From Octopus vulgaris (lineage: Eukaryota), in the NCBI GenBank assembly GCA_951406725.2, contig OX597817.1, forward strand, positions 3,038,001-3,102,000: a DNA stretch of 64,000 nucleotides, in the 5' to 3' direction. Under the pieces are notes generated by a model. The model saw only the letters and a program-made list of their open reading frames with translations. It ran no database searches and was not told the origin of the DNA. The translations under genes were made by a program, and so were the position numbers. Each line of letters begins with the position of its first letter. The first letter of the stretch is position 1. Positions 1 through 14,119 of the stretch are shown in pieces.

Positions 1-504
1 TCATTCCTGCCCAGAATTATTTCAAATTTAGGCACACGGCCAACAGTTTGGAAGGTTAGCCTTAGTCGATACTATTGACCCCAGTACTAGATTGCTCCTT
101 ATTTTATCGAACCCAGATTAATAAAATGTTGAAGTTAAGCTCAACAGGATTTGAACAACACAAGGCATTTTTGTCCGACTATTTGACGAGTCAGCAGATT
201 CACCGCCTTTGACCTCGATGAGACGCTTTTTCTTTCATTTATTTATTAATTGATATTTTACTGGAACAAGACATAAGTACGAAGTGTCAACAGCCTCCGC
301 TATTGATTCCTTTCGGTAAAAAGTAAACTTAATCTCGGTCAGCTTCCTACTCTACAACATAAATAATAAAATGCCTATGATGTGCACCATCGACTGCAAA
401 CATCATCACCAACACCAACCATCAACCAGCATAACCACTTTCTATCGTTATAACAGTCATTGCTTTATCTGCTACGGCAAGGTTAGCAAAAGTTCATCAA
501 CGAG

Positions 505-554
<50 letters not shown>

Positions 555-559
<5 letters not shown>

Positions 560-888
560 CCCCCTTCGGTCAGGACACAGACCATGGGATTGCACCTAGA
601 AAGTTATCCCATCCCAGGCATAAGTCCGGGCAAGGTTGTTTATGGAAGACCAGCAGTCGTCCATGCATACCGGCCTCCCTCTGCATACCACCAGTGTTAT
701 CCAATGGAAAGGCAAAGGGGCCGATACAGCTTGGCACCTGTGACGCCGCAACTCATTTCTACAGCTGAGTGAACTGGAACTACGTGAAATAAAGTGTCTT
801 GCTCAAGAACACAGCCCGGTCCGGGATTCGAGCTCACAGCCTCACGATCGTAAGCTCAACGCTGTAACCACTGAGACATACGCTTTCA
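555..888 (-). mobile_element. tRNA-derived SINE (family C, CORE-like body)
   Basis: Minus-strand head ctcagtggttacagcg...gctcgaatccc (A/B-box-like), then gtgttcttgagcaagacacttt; 3' end runs into (TA)n. Confidence 0.7.
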
Positions 889-1670
889 CACACACACACG
901 TGTCTGTGTGTGTAGTGGTGATTTGTTGTGCTCAGGTCAACACTGATCGAGCAAGATTATTATGAAAGATTTTCTGTCTATTTCTCTCTTTTTTTTTTTG
1001 TCTATCTCTTTGTTTCAATATTACATTTCTTTTTTATTCGAGGGAGATTTGGTTGCTATTGCAAGCAGTCCGAGTAGCCACATGGCTGCTTCGGTATTAG
1101 CTCGTACATATGTGTGTGTGTGTGTGTGTGGTAATGATTTATTAGTGCCCTTGTGCCAAAATTAGAAATTATTATTCTTATTAATCTACTTTCCAATTTG
1201 TCACATTTAATGTAATCTAATCCTTCTGATGAAAGTTGTTCGGGAGGTGGGGGATGAGGAATCGAACTCACAAACTGGTTAATCCGCCTTAAAGTGCAGC
1301 TTGCGTATCATTTCGAATTCTCTGTATTACAATAACTGAAATTACGCTGTGAAGGTGAAGGTTAATTGCCCATCCGACATTGCATACGTAATTATGATGA
1401 TCAGTGAATTACATCCTTGTAGCCAAGGTAAAACAAAATCACCGATACGCGAGCAGTGGGTCCGTGTACCTCACTACGATAATCAATTACTGCTAATGTA
1501 TCTTACTTAGATACGTAAACTGTACTACATACACAATCATTGGTAACACACACAACCCAGTTTATGTCTGGCGCGAGTCTACACGCACAACAACCATCGA
1601 TAATGTCGAGTGCACGCGCTCTATAACCACTGCTAAATAAAGTGTGACTGGCACGTACCCAATACTGGCA

Positions 1671-1737
<67 letters not shown>

Positions 1738-2782
1738 GCACGACTCATGAGTGAATCTCACCCTAGGATCACCTTATAAACTGATGTAATCTGTCCGAAA
1801 TCTGTTTCGTGTCATAACATTCCAACTGTGCTAGTTAATGGCCGATAGAAACTAGAAACAACACACATTCTGTTATAGTTAACAATAATATTTACTGTCA
1901 ATGCCATTACGCCCTCTTTTTTGCGTTACTATTTTGTTTATCTTGGCTTTATATTACAAACCAATAGTAATATCAACAAATGCTGTTTGGGGAGATGAAA
2001 AAGAGGAAAAGGGTTATTTTTTTATACAAAGTGATTTGCGCGGATCGTTTCATTTAATATCAAAACATAGAATTGTTTAATAATAATAATAATAATAATA
2101 ATAATGGTATAATTATTTTATTTAGGCCAATAATCTATATAAATCAGAAATGCAAAAAAGAAGTCCCACACACTGTAATACAAGTATGAGCTCTTTTTTG
2201 CGGCCAAAAATGCGTTTTGATACAGCTGAATCATAAATGAAACCTGGCTATTGTAATAAAGATTTCTTAGGAATTGCAGAAGAATTCGTATCAATAAATA
2301 TTAAATATCCTTCTTACTGAGCATACGACAAAACAGTTAAGCTCAAGCGAACGTGGTTGTATCTCCATGATCGCTCAATTTGGTAGTCGTACCAATAAAA
2401 TATCTTCACTTCATATTCTACTGTGGCAAAAGTTTAAGAACACAATTGAAGAATTTAACTCTTAACTATTCAAAAAGAAGTCATTCAAATGATGTATGAT
2501 CTGCGAGTAAGCAACATTTATTATCATAGTTAAGACTTTTAAGGATGGTTGTAAAAAATAAGCAAAGTAATTTTTACTTGGGGGTCAGTTCGTCAGATGT
2601 GTCGAATTCAAGTAACTAAGTCGATGACTGAAACCATAGGTGCAACCCAAAGATCTGTTTATTTCTCACAGTCTGTGCCGTCCCAGCTTTGTGAAGCTTA
2701 CATGCTACTATTAGTTGTAAATGGTGCAGCGTGACGGTGTACATACGTTTTATTGTCCGTTATTTTTTCTTATACGCCTAGA

Positions 2783-2998
2783 CGATGGGGTGCTGAAGAG
2801 TTTCTGGCTTTACGTAAAAGAATATACTGGAGAATCGGTTAATTATGATTTTTTTTTTACATACTCCTCAGATTCACACATTTATTGCCGCGGTTTTTCA
2901 GTTTTACTAAACCCTCTAAAAGAACTCGAAAGATTGGGCCTCCAACCAGGCCTTTCCTAACATCTTTAAAGCCAGAAACTTTTCAACATCCCCTCATA
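2783..2998. mobile_element. Mariner-like MITE remnant
   Basis: Imperfect TIRs ggggtgctgaagagtttctggcttta / taaagccagaaacttttcaacatcccc; related copy at 59629-59820. Confidence 0.6.
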
Positions 2999-3182
2999 GA
3001 TTCCGGTGATGACCACGCGGAAATAGGGAAAGTGAACGGGATCGGCTGAGCCCAATTATAAAATATATTTTCGAGCATCCTTTGTTTTCCGGTTTCATCC
3101 ATGAGAAGTGATTGGCCATTTGTGTCTAATTCTTACTGATTGGACAGCATTTCAGCCGTGACCTGCTTTTCTCCCAATATAT

Positions 3183-3491
3183 CTTCTTCGCCCTTTTCAA
3201 GCCTAGCCAGGCTCATGGGCCCGGTTTCCCGTTTTCTGTGGCGTATGTGTTCCCCCCAGCTGGACGGGACGCCAGCCCATCACAGCGTTACTCAAGAAAC
3301 AAGAAGAGAAAGTGAGAGAAAGTTGTGGCGAAAGAGTACAACAGGGGTCGCTACCACCTCCTGTCGGAGCCTCGTGGAGCTTTTAGGTGATTTCACTCAA
3401 TAAACACACACAACGCCCGGTATGGGAATCAAAATCGCGATCTTCCGACCGCGAGTCCGCTGCCCTAACCACTGGGCCATTGCGCCTCCAC
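3183..3491 (-). mobile_element. tRNA-derived SINE (family D), full length
   Basis: Minus head tggcccagtggttagggc; exact 14-bp TSD ttctcccaatatat at 3169-3182 and 3492-3505. Confidence 0.85.
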
Positions 3492-4241
3492 TTCTCCCAA
3501 TATATTCAAGACTAACACCACACACACGTCCATTTTGTAGACAGTGCAGTGAAATTTTAAAGAAGACTTGGGTGCTAATACTAGCAGTGGGTTTTGGTGC
3601 ATAGTGGTTTCCTCGTTGTTTCGTTAATTAGTCGGTTAAATGTCGATAAATATTCTGTTGTGTCTGGGGAGAGTCATTTTCTTTTGGTGCTTTATAATTT
3701 AACACATACACACCAGTAAAATTTCCACTTATTTCTTTTTTATTTTTCTAAAATGTTCGTTGCGTCTTGCAACCTTTTCAATGGTTGGTCTTTTAAAGTA
3801 CTTCAGCGACATGTCAGCAGCTTCTTTGGCGTTAACACGTCAATGATAAGCGTGATAAGTAGAACTTCCGGTGTACTGAAAGATGATGCTCTCTCTCTCT
3901 TCCCCATCTTTCCCTATCCTTGACATTCTGTCACACGCACACACACTTACGCTCACACACTCACGCACATACATCCGTAACATTAAATTTTCCAGTGCTG
4001 GAAGACTATATCGTCTCTCAATGTCGGGTTCATAACCTTTTTATGATTTTAGACCACCAAAGGATATGTCCCTATACCCGCTTTTACCAGTGGGCCTATA
4101 TTATCACCACCACTCCTATAAGATATCTGTATAGCTTCAAAAGAAAACCAAAGGTTTAATTTATATTTGAATATTCAGGAAAATAATATTTGAGACAATC
4201 ATGAAGATTTGACTGTCATGTTTATTAATAGAAAAACAATG

Positions 4242-4520
4242 CCAGTAATAACAAACTCGCGCATTGGTTAATTATCACTTTTTTTTAGTTAATCGGTTAA
4301 ATATCTAGCCAAATAACTAATCGATCGTTTGTTTAATGTGTTGGTTAAGCAGTCAATCGTTTGATTGTCAAAATCCTATCGAAGCTGATCCTGACCTTAT
4401 CAGTGACATGCCCTATCATGTTAAACAAGCGATCAATTAGTTTGTTGGTTTGATATTTAACTGATTTACTAACAATACAGAAGTAAAATTGAAACGGTGC
4501 ATGTGTTCATTATTATTGGT
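4242..4520. repeat. Diverged fold-back element (long inverted repeat)
   Basis: ttagttaatcggttaaatatctagccaaataactaatcgatcgtttgtttaa (about 4285-4336) is the approximate reverse complement of about 4421-4472; weaker matching extends outward. Confidence 0.7.
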
Positions 4521-6467
4521 GTAATGACCCTCCGAAGACGAAGCAAGATATGTCTCAATACATGAATTCACATCAAGAATCTTGTAAACCAAATACGAAA
4601 TCGGAGACACATATATGCTAACTCCAATTATCTTACGCCATAACTTTGATTCACCGATTTCTGATCATCGTCACTGCATTTACTTCTTATTGAAGATTAC
4701 ATTTAAAAATATTAAAACGTTTAAATCTTTTCTTTTTATTTATATATATATATACTTGGACTTCGTAATAATTCTGACTCTTGCTTGACTCATCGTATTA
4801 TATTTGTGTGGCCAGCCCACATTAAAATAACTACTGTGTTAAAAAAATAAAAATTACATAATATAGTCTTTGATAAATTGTCTAAACAATAAGTCGAGAC
4901 TGTCATGACTGGAAGTGTTTTTATTATGTGTTTAATCCGCCAGGGCTTTGCAAGGAGCTAAACAATAATAATACCATTTGTACCAGTTTCATGAATATCA
5001 TCGTTATTGATTTCTTACATTACAAAGATTTGAGTCGCAAATTTCAAGGTGACTTAATAAATCGAACCCGTCACTCACATTTATGTCGCTCACCAAAACT
5101 ATTGTCGGTTATCATTACTATTAGTATTAAGGCGGTGAGCTGGCGGAGCCGTTATCACGTTGGACAAAATGCTTAGCGGTGTTTCCTCTGTCTTTGCATT
5201 TCTGAGTTCAAATTCCGCTGATGTCGACGTTGTCCTTCACTCTTTCTGGGTTGATAAAATAAGCATCAACTAGCACTGGATTCAATGTAATCGACTTCTT
5301 CCTTCCCTCAAAAATCTGGTGGCCTTGTATTAAAACTACTGTTAGATGGTAGTCAATGGAACCCTAGATCAAATGTTTTGTAGTGTTTAGCTGTGTCAAT
5401 TTACGTTCTTAGTTGGAATCTCACCTTCAATTATTCCTTTCTTAGTTTATGGAATTTCTTTTACTTTGAATTGATTTTATACCGCATATTATGAACAATA
5501 ACCTCGTTGATAATGAGTTTCTCATTTTCTCAGCGACCCGGTAGGACCCAAAATATCACAGAAAACTTTACTTCGAAGGTATAGGTCCACCGGATTTTTA
5601 GCTGAGGTTTACATCTTCCAATGATATGTATATAATATATATATATACACACACACACCATCCTCGCGTGCGATGGACCACGTACAGTTTCCATTTAATT
5701 CCACTCACAAAAATTGATCAACACAAAGCTGTAATAGAAGACCCGTGCGCTGCATCCTGGAATCAAACCCAGCAACAACTTTGTAAAGTGAATTTCTTAA
5801 ACACTCGGCTATGTCGGAGACGATTCAAAGGACTACACTCTATGTATGGCCCTGGGTCTAAGTTAAGAATTATAGTCATTCGGAATCGTACCATGCTTAT
5901 ACAGGACCGAACTTCTAATAAATAAAGATTCGACACTTTGTAAAATCTGGACATTATTTTGAGCGGACACTTGAATTACTTGTGACCATAATTTTTGCTA
6001 CTTACTAATTCATAATAATTAAGCTACAGGAGGGGATCTGAGTGGTGTTATTGAATAAGATAAACTCATAGAAAATTACCACCATATTATTAGTTTCATT
6101 GCTATCTATCTTTACGACAAATTATCAAGGCAGAAATACCCTTCACAATCCTGAAAATTAATAATATGAGGTTGCAAATGTTTAAAGCTAAATTTAACAC
6201 CATGCGCTTACCTCCTTAGTATCTGCTCTCGAAAAGTAGCTGTAAAGAACATGTTAATAGACGACTTACCTTCTCTGCGCAGAAATCAGTCGTCTCAGCA
6301 TGAAAAAGGAAAAGTAAATATATGCTCTTTAAGCTTCTAGGGTGAGGCCTGGGGTAAAGCCAGGGGTTTTGGCACGTAGCGTTAGATTTAGTTTTAAACA
6401 TTTGCACCTTCATAATTTTTACATGACGGGCAGAATGTTTCCACCTTCATAATATATTTCTAGTGCA

Positions 6468-6859
6468 AAGGCAGCGAGCTGGCAGAATCGTTAGCACGCC
6501 GGGTGGAATGCTAAGCGGTATTTCGTCTGTCGTTACGTTCTGAGTTCAAATTCCGCCGGGGTCGACTTTGCCTTTCATCCTTTCGGGGTCGATAAATTAA
6601 GTACCAGTTACGCATTGGGGTCGATGTAATCGACTTAATCCCTTTGTCTGTCCTTGTTTGTTCCTTCTGTGTTTAGCCCCTTGTGGGTTATAAAGAAACA
6701 GGTATTTTGTCTGTCTTTATGTTCTGAGTTCAAATTCCACCGAGGTCGATTTTGCCTTTCATCCTTTCGGAGTCGATAAATTAAGTTACGTACTGGGATC
6801 GATCTAATCGACTGGCCACCTTCCCCGAAATTTCAGGCCTTGTGCCTAGAGTAGAAAGG
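6468..6859 (+). mobile_element. SINE family A dimer with two different tails
   Basis: tRNA-like head gcgagctggcagaa...gagttcaaattcc; second unit starts at 6701; 17-bp TSD aatatatttctagtgca at 6451-6467 and 6860-6876. Confidence 0.9.
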
Positions 6860-6989
6860 AATATATTTCTAGTGCAGACATGGGCAAAATCTTTCGAGAA
6901 GCGGGCCGCATGAGACATGGTTCATCATCAGGCATGCCACATTCGTTGTCATCGTGCGTTGTACGCCTGCAGCGCATTGATGACATTAC

Positions 6990-7195
6990 AACGAAAAGAC
7001 TTCCCGATTAAGCACGACTTTTCCAGCTGCCTTGCCACTCTTGTGCAACCAGCTCTTGATATTGTCCATTCACTGCGTTCTTTGTCTGCTTCTTGATCTT
7101 CTACCTTCTATTCTTCCTTCCATGATAACGTTTTACAGACCTCTGCTTCTTCGAATACGGCCATAATAGATAAGCTTTTAATAGTTATCGCCATA
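6990..7195 (-). mobile_element. RTE-clade LINE 3' remnant
   Basis: Minus translation KLIYYGRIRRSRGL*NVIMEGRIEGRRSRSRQRTQ*MDNIKSW resembles the RTE ORF C-terminus; contains stops. Confidence 0.75.
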
Positions 7196-8805
7196 CTAAT
7201 ATGGCAGTCTATAAATATAAGACTAAAGCTGTCGCTGATTAGCTCCAAGAGGCCATATGACACAGGAACCTGCGTCCATTACAACCTTCGAACAGGGGAG
7301 GTCAACCGCTTCACCTTGCTAGTCAGACATCTGCAGACATGTTTCAGGGTTGTTGCTCTTTATCAATTAAATTTTGTTTTATCATAATGGGCAGTATCAA
7401 ATCACAAGAGGGAAAATTGGTTACACAACTAAAACTTTTCAAGATAATTTTTCGTTTAGTTGTGAAATTTAGGAAAGCCCGCGAGCCACAGTTTGTTCAA
7501 GAGTATGTCGTGAATGGTTATCGAAAAAGTGGTTGTCATCTAAGTATTTACCCTCAATTATTATTAAGTTATCCAGCAAAGCAGGTAATCTTTCATGGGT
7601 TTCAAACAACGATATTGGCAAATCCTGAACCTGTATAAGAAGTATCTTGACTTTTTAATCAGATTTTTAATATTGAATTTACGTTGTAGTTATAGATATG
7701 AAATATTTCTAAATGGCAGGAAAAACGTGGGAATCACAAGCAAACCGTATTTGATCAAATATCTGGTCAAAGGCATTTCAGTCAGGGCCTTCGTAGGTTT
7801 TTCGGCCCTATATAAAACCGTTCTTTCTTTCTTTCTTTTTCAAGATGGTTTGGTGCAATTTCATGGAATAGAGCTCTAATTACACAGGTCGAGGAACCAC
7901 ACCGAGATACATTAAGCTCATAAAATAAGTTATTGTTAACCCTAGGTCAGCCTGTTTGAGCCTCGAGCCTCTCCCCCATCTTTTATTCAAATATATTGCA
8001 TCCTGGACCAGATATGCTCTTTGGGGGGGAATCTGTGTGCTATTTTTAGTAGGCCGAGTCTCCGAGTAAAAGTTCCCTTGTTGATTAGCCAGAAATGGAA
8101 AAAATACCCGAATCTGTTTTTATATTAACATTCTCAATAGCATAACATACCCGAGCTGTATATAACCCGTTCGCTTCTCCCACCACCTCCCATTGAAAAA
8201 AAAAAATTCTGACATTTAGTAAAGTGAAGTAGAAATCTTTTAGGAAAGTTTGTTTCTGATAAATTAAGAATTTTTCAGCTGGCAAATCGATAACTTCCAC
8301 TTGGTAACAGCATATTCAACTATAGACTGAAATTTCTAGTTTTTTTCTCTTTATTCTCTCTCTCTCTCTCTTAGACCCCATATCTCTTTCCCTTTTGCGA
8401 TCCCTTTTACACACATACTCACACTCACCCCTATCTCTCTCCTCCCTCCCTCCCTCTCTCTAAATTAACTGGCGCAGATTAACATTTTGCGGTGCTAAAG
8501 TTTTTGTCATCGATGCATCGTACTAAAATCACTGTAGGCATTAGACATTTTTTATTTGCTATAAGTTTATCATTTTCTAAGAATAATATTCTGTCGTAGA
8601 AAAGTAGCTTTGTCCATTTAAGAACACTCAAAAACATATCCATTCTTCATCTATTTCTTAAAGGTACAGTCTATTATGAGGTACCAAAATTTCGTCGGAA
8701 CATCTAAACTCATTCTCCTCGTCTCATAACTTTTGAGACATCATGATTTATGAATCGATCTTTATAAATCATTTTCTCAGTTTATTAATATTGATTTTCA
8801 AAAAA

Positions 8806-9014
8806 GGCAGCGACCTGGCAGAGTGGTTAGCACGCCGGGCGAAATGCTTAGCAGTATTTCGTCTGCCTTTACGTTCTGAGTTCAAATTCCACCGAGGTCG
8901 GCTTTGCTTTTCATCCTTTCGGGGTCGATTAAATACCAGTTGTGTGCTGAGGTCAATCAAATCGGCTGTCCCCTCCCCCCCAATTTTTCGGGCCCGCTGC
9001 CTAGAGTAGAAAAG
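8806..9014 (+). mobile_element. SINE family A monomer (tail type 2)
   Basis: Same head/body as 6468; tail gcctagagtagaaaag; TSD aatattgattttcaaaaaa at 8787-8805 and 9015-9033. Confidence 0.88.
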
Positions 9015-10488
9015 AATATTGATTTTCAAAAAATAGATGACTATAGTAATGTCTCCGTTGAGAACTAACCCACCAGCTTCTGCTTAAACGAGAAACGAAT
9101 CTATTTATATTTGCATCTGGTATTTTTCAGAATCAGAAAAACAATCATTTTTGTAGATAAAGAATGTTTTGATAGATGTATGAATGATATTTAGTCACAC
9201 GAGCTAAGAAGAAATCCTCTGTGTGGTCTTTTGACCTGTTAGAAATAGCAGCCGAATGGACTTCGAATCGTATTCAAACATTTACTTTTTCTTTTTTTAT
9301 TACTGGACGGACAGGCTAGATCATAATTATATATACACGGACAAAAAACGAAAGAAAGAGACGTGGACGAGACATGAATGGTTAGAATGTCATCAGTCCA
9401 TGCATCTTCTCCTTCAGAAACTGATCCAAGGTTAAAAGCATGACTAAAACGCTCGCATTTACGTGCATTAAGATGCTCAGACACAAATCACAGCTAACTG
9501 AAGGCAAAAAAGTAATGGCGCATCAATAAACCTATTATGTCTCTTTACTACAATGAGTGCACTGAAGCAACAAATTCAGGCATTCCTTGCTTTATGGAAA
9601 CGTTGTATAACCTGGTAAATCAGTGAAAAATTAGGTTTTGCCTTGCAGAATTCTGCGTTTCGACATCAATTTGAGGAACCTAATGCATGTGTAACGCAAG
9701 GTATGCCTGTAGATATTTTCTGTCTGTAAGCTGTTCATACTTTACGATATCAGACTTGTTAAACTAAAGCTGTCGGCGGCTTAACAGCCTGAACCCGCGC
9801 AAAACAGTTCGACACTTAGGGAGCTCTGCCTCAATGTTTGTACAATTTCCTTTCCAAAATCATTCTATGTTTTTTATCATAATTGCTTTCACACGTAAGT
9901 TATTTCATAGGAATATTAATTCTGCTACAGTTCTTACATAGTACTTGATTTATTTTTTATCCCATAAGAATTGAAACCAATGTTGATGGCGGAGAGATTC
10001 GAACTTAGAACGCAAACCGTCGTAGATTAAGTATTGCCGCTTTTTGTCCGTTGTTCTAACGATTCTGCCAACGGTTTGAATACCCCTCACGTTACCATAG
10101 GCACATATTTATACTTGGGCATAGACAAGTATGCATACAAGTGCGTCTACCCGCACGCACTTACAGTTATCCATCAAATTCACAGTCAGACCTCATCTGG
10201 ATATATTATGATACAGAGAGCAAAGCTTCATATCCTCAAATGAATATAATAGAATGTACGATGTGAATAAAAATTGTGATTATCATATCTATATATTGAT
10301 ATTGTTATTTCAATTATTTTCCACTAGTATACAAAACTCGTTAGAAAATTGACGTACAGGACTTGTGAAATTGCACAAATACAGCTGCATAGATAGCAGA
10401 GGTGGAGCAAAGACAGTACATATGCATTATGTGTAATGTATCGTGAAATAATTCATATAAATAGACGTACACACACACGCACACGCAC

Positions 10489-10527
<39 letters not shown>

Positions 10528-12815
10528 TAAGAGATCAGTGCTTCCACCAGCTCCCACTCGATCTGGATCTTGGTATATCCTTTAGTGTCCATTATCATCT
10601 TTTGAATCGGCGAACCGCAGTGTGCTAAACATCCTCAGAGATATCATCCCTTAAACGATAGTAGACCACCAATAAGGCCATTTTCGTGGGGTTAATGTCG
10701 GTTTCGTATTTAATGTCTAATAAACATATTAACTACTTGGTCATCCTTCAGATAAGGCATCAAATTGCGCATATGACTGTTTCGCTTTCAATTCACTGTA
10801 AAGTCGGGTACCTCAGTAGGGTAGGATTTTCTTTCTGAATCTTTCACCATTTCTGACTGAGAAATTTCTGCTTTGGTCTTCCCTCCAGCTGGTCATCTTT
10901 TCTCATTTTCTTTTTTAACCACCATTAACTAAAGACAATGGCCAGGCTCCAGTGGAAGAGACACGACTTCTTCGTCTCCAACTCCCTGAGGAATTATGTT
11001 GTCGGCTTCGTTCGTCGGTTCCTGTGACAAAAACCGAAGCGATCTTATTCACTGTTTCCAAATCTACAACTGGTTAAGATTCTGAGGATTGTGTCTGTTG
11101 CAGCCTCTACGGCCCTTTTATTTTGTATTTCGACACCGAGTAGAAAACTCTTAAATTTCCCTTACTGCCAAATGTAGTATAGTATTGGGCTTTCTTCATG
11201 ACGTTATTTCTGCATCCCCGACGGGGCACACCTCTGTAATGTCTCTGTATCCTTTCAAAATCCTGAGAACTTATATATCCATATTTACTCCACCGTTTCT
11301 GGTTATCTCAGCGATTATAAGCTGCCTACATGGTGGCATTGGCAAGTGTATTTTTCCCTCTTTCTTCCTTCTTTTCCTTTGCTCTTTACTGTTTTCAAAG
11401 AAGAGCTATGCTTGAAACATGGTGGCATTAAAACAGACTACTATCCAAGAGTTGACAGCCGCCAACATCTTTTGCGTTACGCCGCCCTAAATATTGCGAT
11501 GGGAGTTTCTGGGTCCCTGTGTAATGTATTAGTTTATCCTGAATGTTCACCTTGCTTTTTATAGTCAACTTAACCCTCTATATTTCGTCATCTTACTTTA
11601 CCCCCATCAAGTTCTCAATATACATTCACACACACAAATGTACAAACCCACGCACATTCATATATACACATCTGAACACTTTCGTATACATTCATACACA
11701 CCTGAACGCTTATACAAATGTGTATATGTCTGTAAGAGATTGCATTCATATACATGAAGTAGTTATTTTTTAATTCATCACAAAATAAATCTATAAATCA
11801 CGCCGTGATGTATTTATAGATACATTTTTTGTCCGTCGCTTTTATATTTGTATAATAGTTTCATACAAGAAATTGATAAAGACTTGATCTATTTTACTCC
11901 ATGAATGGAATAATGTTATTATCGAAGACAATCGTTAAAACAAAGGAGTTTCTTGAGGAATCTCTTTTGTTTCGCATTATGTAAAGGTTTTAGTCATTGT
12001 TTACTTGTAAGAATGGTGTATGTATGGTTGAGTTGTTGGATCAACAGATTTTATCGGATATATTTATTTATTGTTGTCGAAGGAATAAAGCTGTATGAAT
12101 CGATTTTCATACAAAGTTCCTGTTTATTTCTGGTATTTTGTTTTACAAAAACTGGAGAATAGAAAACTGTTATTTTTTTTTTTACCTCAGAACATAAAAC
12201 CGTATTATCTAGCGTGTTTAGAGGTGGGGGTAAGGGGTGAGAAGTTATTAGTGAAATGTTCCAAAGGTTTTCCCACCTACCCTGGTTGGTCACATTGAGA
12301 CTGATACCCAGTCTAAACAATAGCAAATCAATATTTACAGAAAATATAATGGACCGAGAGAAAACCGGTAAAGTGACCCGGATGTTTGCAATACAGTGAC
12401 TTCGCTTATATTTAGTGTGTGTAGTTCAAATCCCGCCGAAGTCGACCATACTTATCGATATAATAATAAGGACAAGTGGAACACTGGAGTCGATGTAATC
12501 TATGTCCCGCTCGCCCGAAACTGCTGGCCTTCTGATAAAATTTGAAACCGATAATGTTTGTGAGCGCATGCGTGTATGTTATAAGCCATACTCTCTTACA
12601 TCGTTATGCAGGAGGAACAAAGATAAAGATGCAGCTCTATACAGAAGCAACTAATAATGCGGTGCTGTAACTTAAGGTTATAATCTCGGAGAAATTCAAC
12701 CTCGAATTGAAAACGAATACATTATACACCTCTGCTACTAAATTATGTCAGGGAAGTATTCCTTGTGTTGTGTATCACATCGAAACTAACTATCACTTAA
12801 CTTTCCTCTCACACC

Positions 12816-12867
12816 GTCTCCGATGAAGGGATATTATTAATTAATATCCTAGAAACAGCTGTAAGAC
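12816..12867 (+). ncRNA. Type I hammerhead ribozyme-like motif (U4>C variant), Penelope type
   Basis: gtct-CCGATGA-a-g-ggatatta/taatatcc stem II-GAAAC-agct-GTA-agac. Confidence 0.65.
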
Positions 12868-13503
12868 CTTATGTCTATAAATGCTCTAATATCTACACAA
12901 CCTTGGTTTTTTATCTTATTGCACAAAAAATTATTTATATATACATGTATGTGTGCGATGGAAGTGGGATGGTGAACATTCAACGCTGAAAAGAAAAATC
13001 AAACAACGTTTCAACTCTGTGTGAGTATATGTGTGTATGTGACTGCGAGTAAAAAGGAAGTATGTGAATGTTTGTATATGTGAACCAGTGTTCTTTCAGT
13101 AATAAATGATGATTGATGTCACATCTCAAAAGACAACCACTCGATGACATTGGCAAGTCTATTAATTTGATTTACCATCCATATTTATATATAAAATACT
13201 ACAATTAGCCGTCATCTTTGGCGGTACGGGTCCAGTTAGTTTTATAATAATATACTGAAAGAAATATCCAACTAGGGTATTAGAATAACGCTATACTGTA
13301 GCAAAGTGTCTTCACGCAATATACTTGGCTGGAGGGAGAGGTTTGGCTCTGCTGAGTATAGGTCTTGTATGTTTGCTCTAAAAGAGTTTCGTAATTCTAT
13401 GTCCCACTAAAAAAGAAATTTTGGATCGTACATCCCACCATAATTTTCCCTGGCGCCACTGGTAGGACGTATCCCCCAAGCTTAGAATCACTGCTCTACA
13501 CAG

Positions 13504-14097
13504 CAGTGGCGGATCGTAGATAAGATTACTGGGGGTGCTGCTTCAGAAAATTTTTAGCTGTTGTTTTAATATTGTGTAAAAGGAAACAAACTTTATATAC
13601 AAACTTGATCGGTTCGCATTTTAGCCACGACCAGGTAGTGTGTTTAATTCCCCCTTGAATCACAAAATAAGGGAGTGGGAAATGTGCCCTATTTTTCAAA
13701 TCCTGGCAGCAACACTGAAGCTGGAAGGAGGATAATAATCTAATTCTACACTTTATCACATTCAAGAATATAAACGTTTTTAAACACAACACCGGTGTCG
13801 GCACTGTCGTTCACGCAGTGCTCTCTCTCCCTAGCGTGAAGCTTCCTATCTTGAACATGTGAGCATGCGCACAACAGCCAAACACCGCGTCGCTGGAACT
13901 GTGAAGCGCATAGTTCTATACAAGGATTTTGTATTTTTTTTCCATAAAACGGAGATGGCTACTGACATTAAGGTTGAGGTTTATATAATGTACAAGCATA
14001 AAGAAAAAAGATCTCATTATATTGAATGTTATCGATGATATCGAATGGAAATAGGGCGTACTGCAGTTCCGCAGAGCCTAAACACGAGCCATCACTA
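13504..14097. mobile_element. hAT-like non-autonomous DNA element
   Basis: Exact 8-bp TSD ctacacag (13496-13503, 14098-14105); imperfect TIRs cagtggcggatcgt / acgagccatcacta. Confidence 0.6.
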
Positions 14098-14119
14098 CTA
14101 CACAGTTACACCATCTAGG

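Noticed and set aside
6468-6560. tRNA-like sequences at SINE heads
   Set aside because: Have A/B boxes but continue into SINE bodies with TSDs; not tRNA genes.
9649-9700. Candidate 52-nt exon (ttgcag ... aag|gtatgc), NSAFRHQFEEPNACVTQ
   Set aside because: No OATP similarity and that frame ends in phase 1, incompatible with the phase-0 exon; such sites arise by chance.
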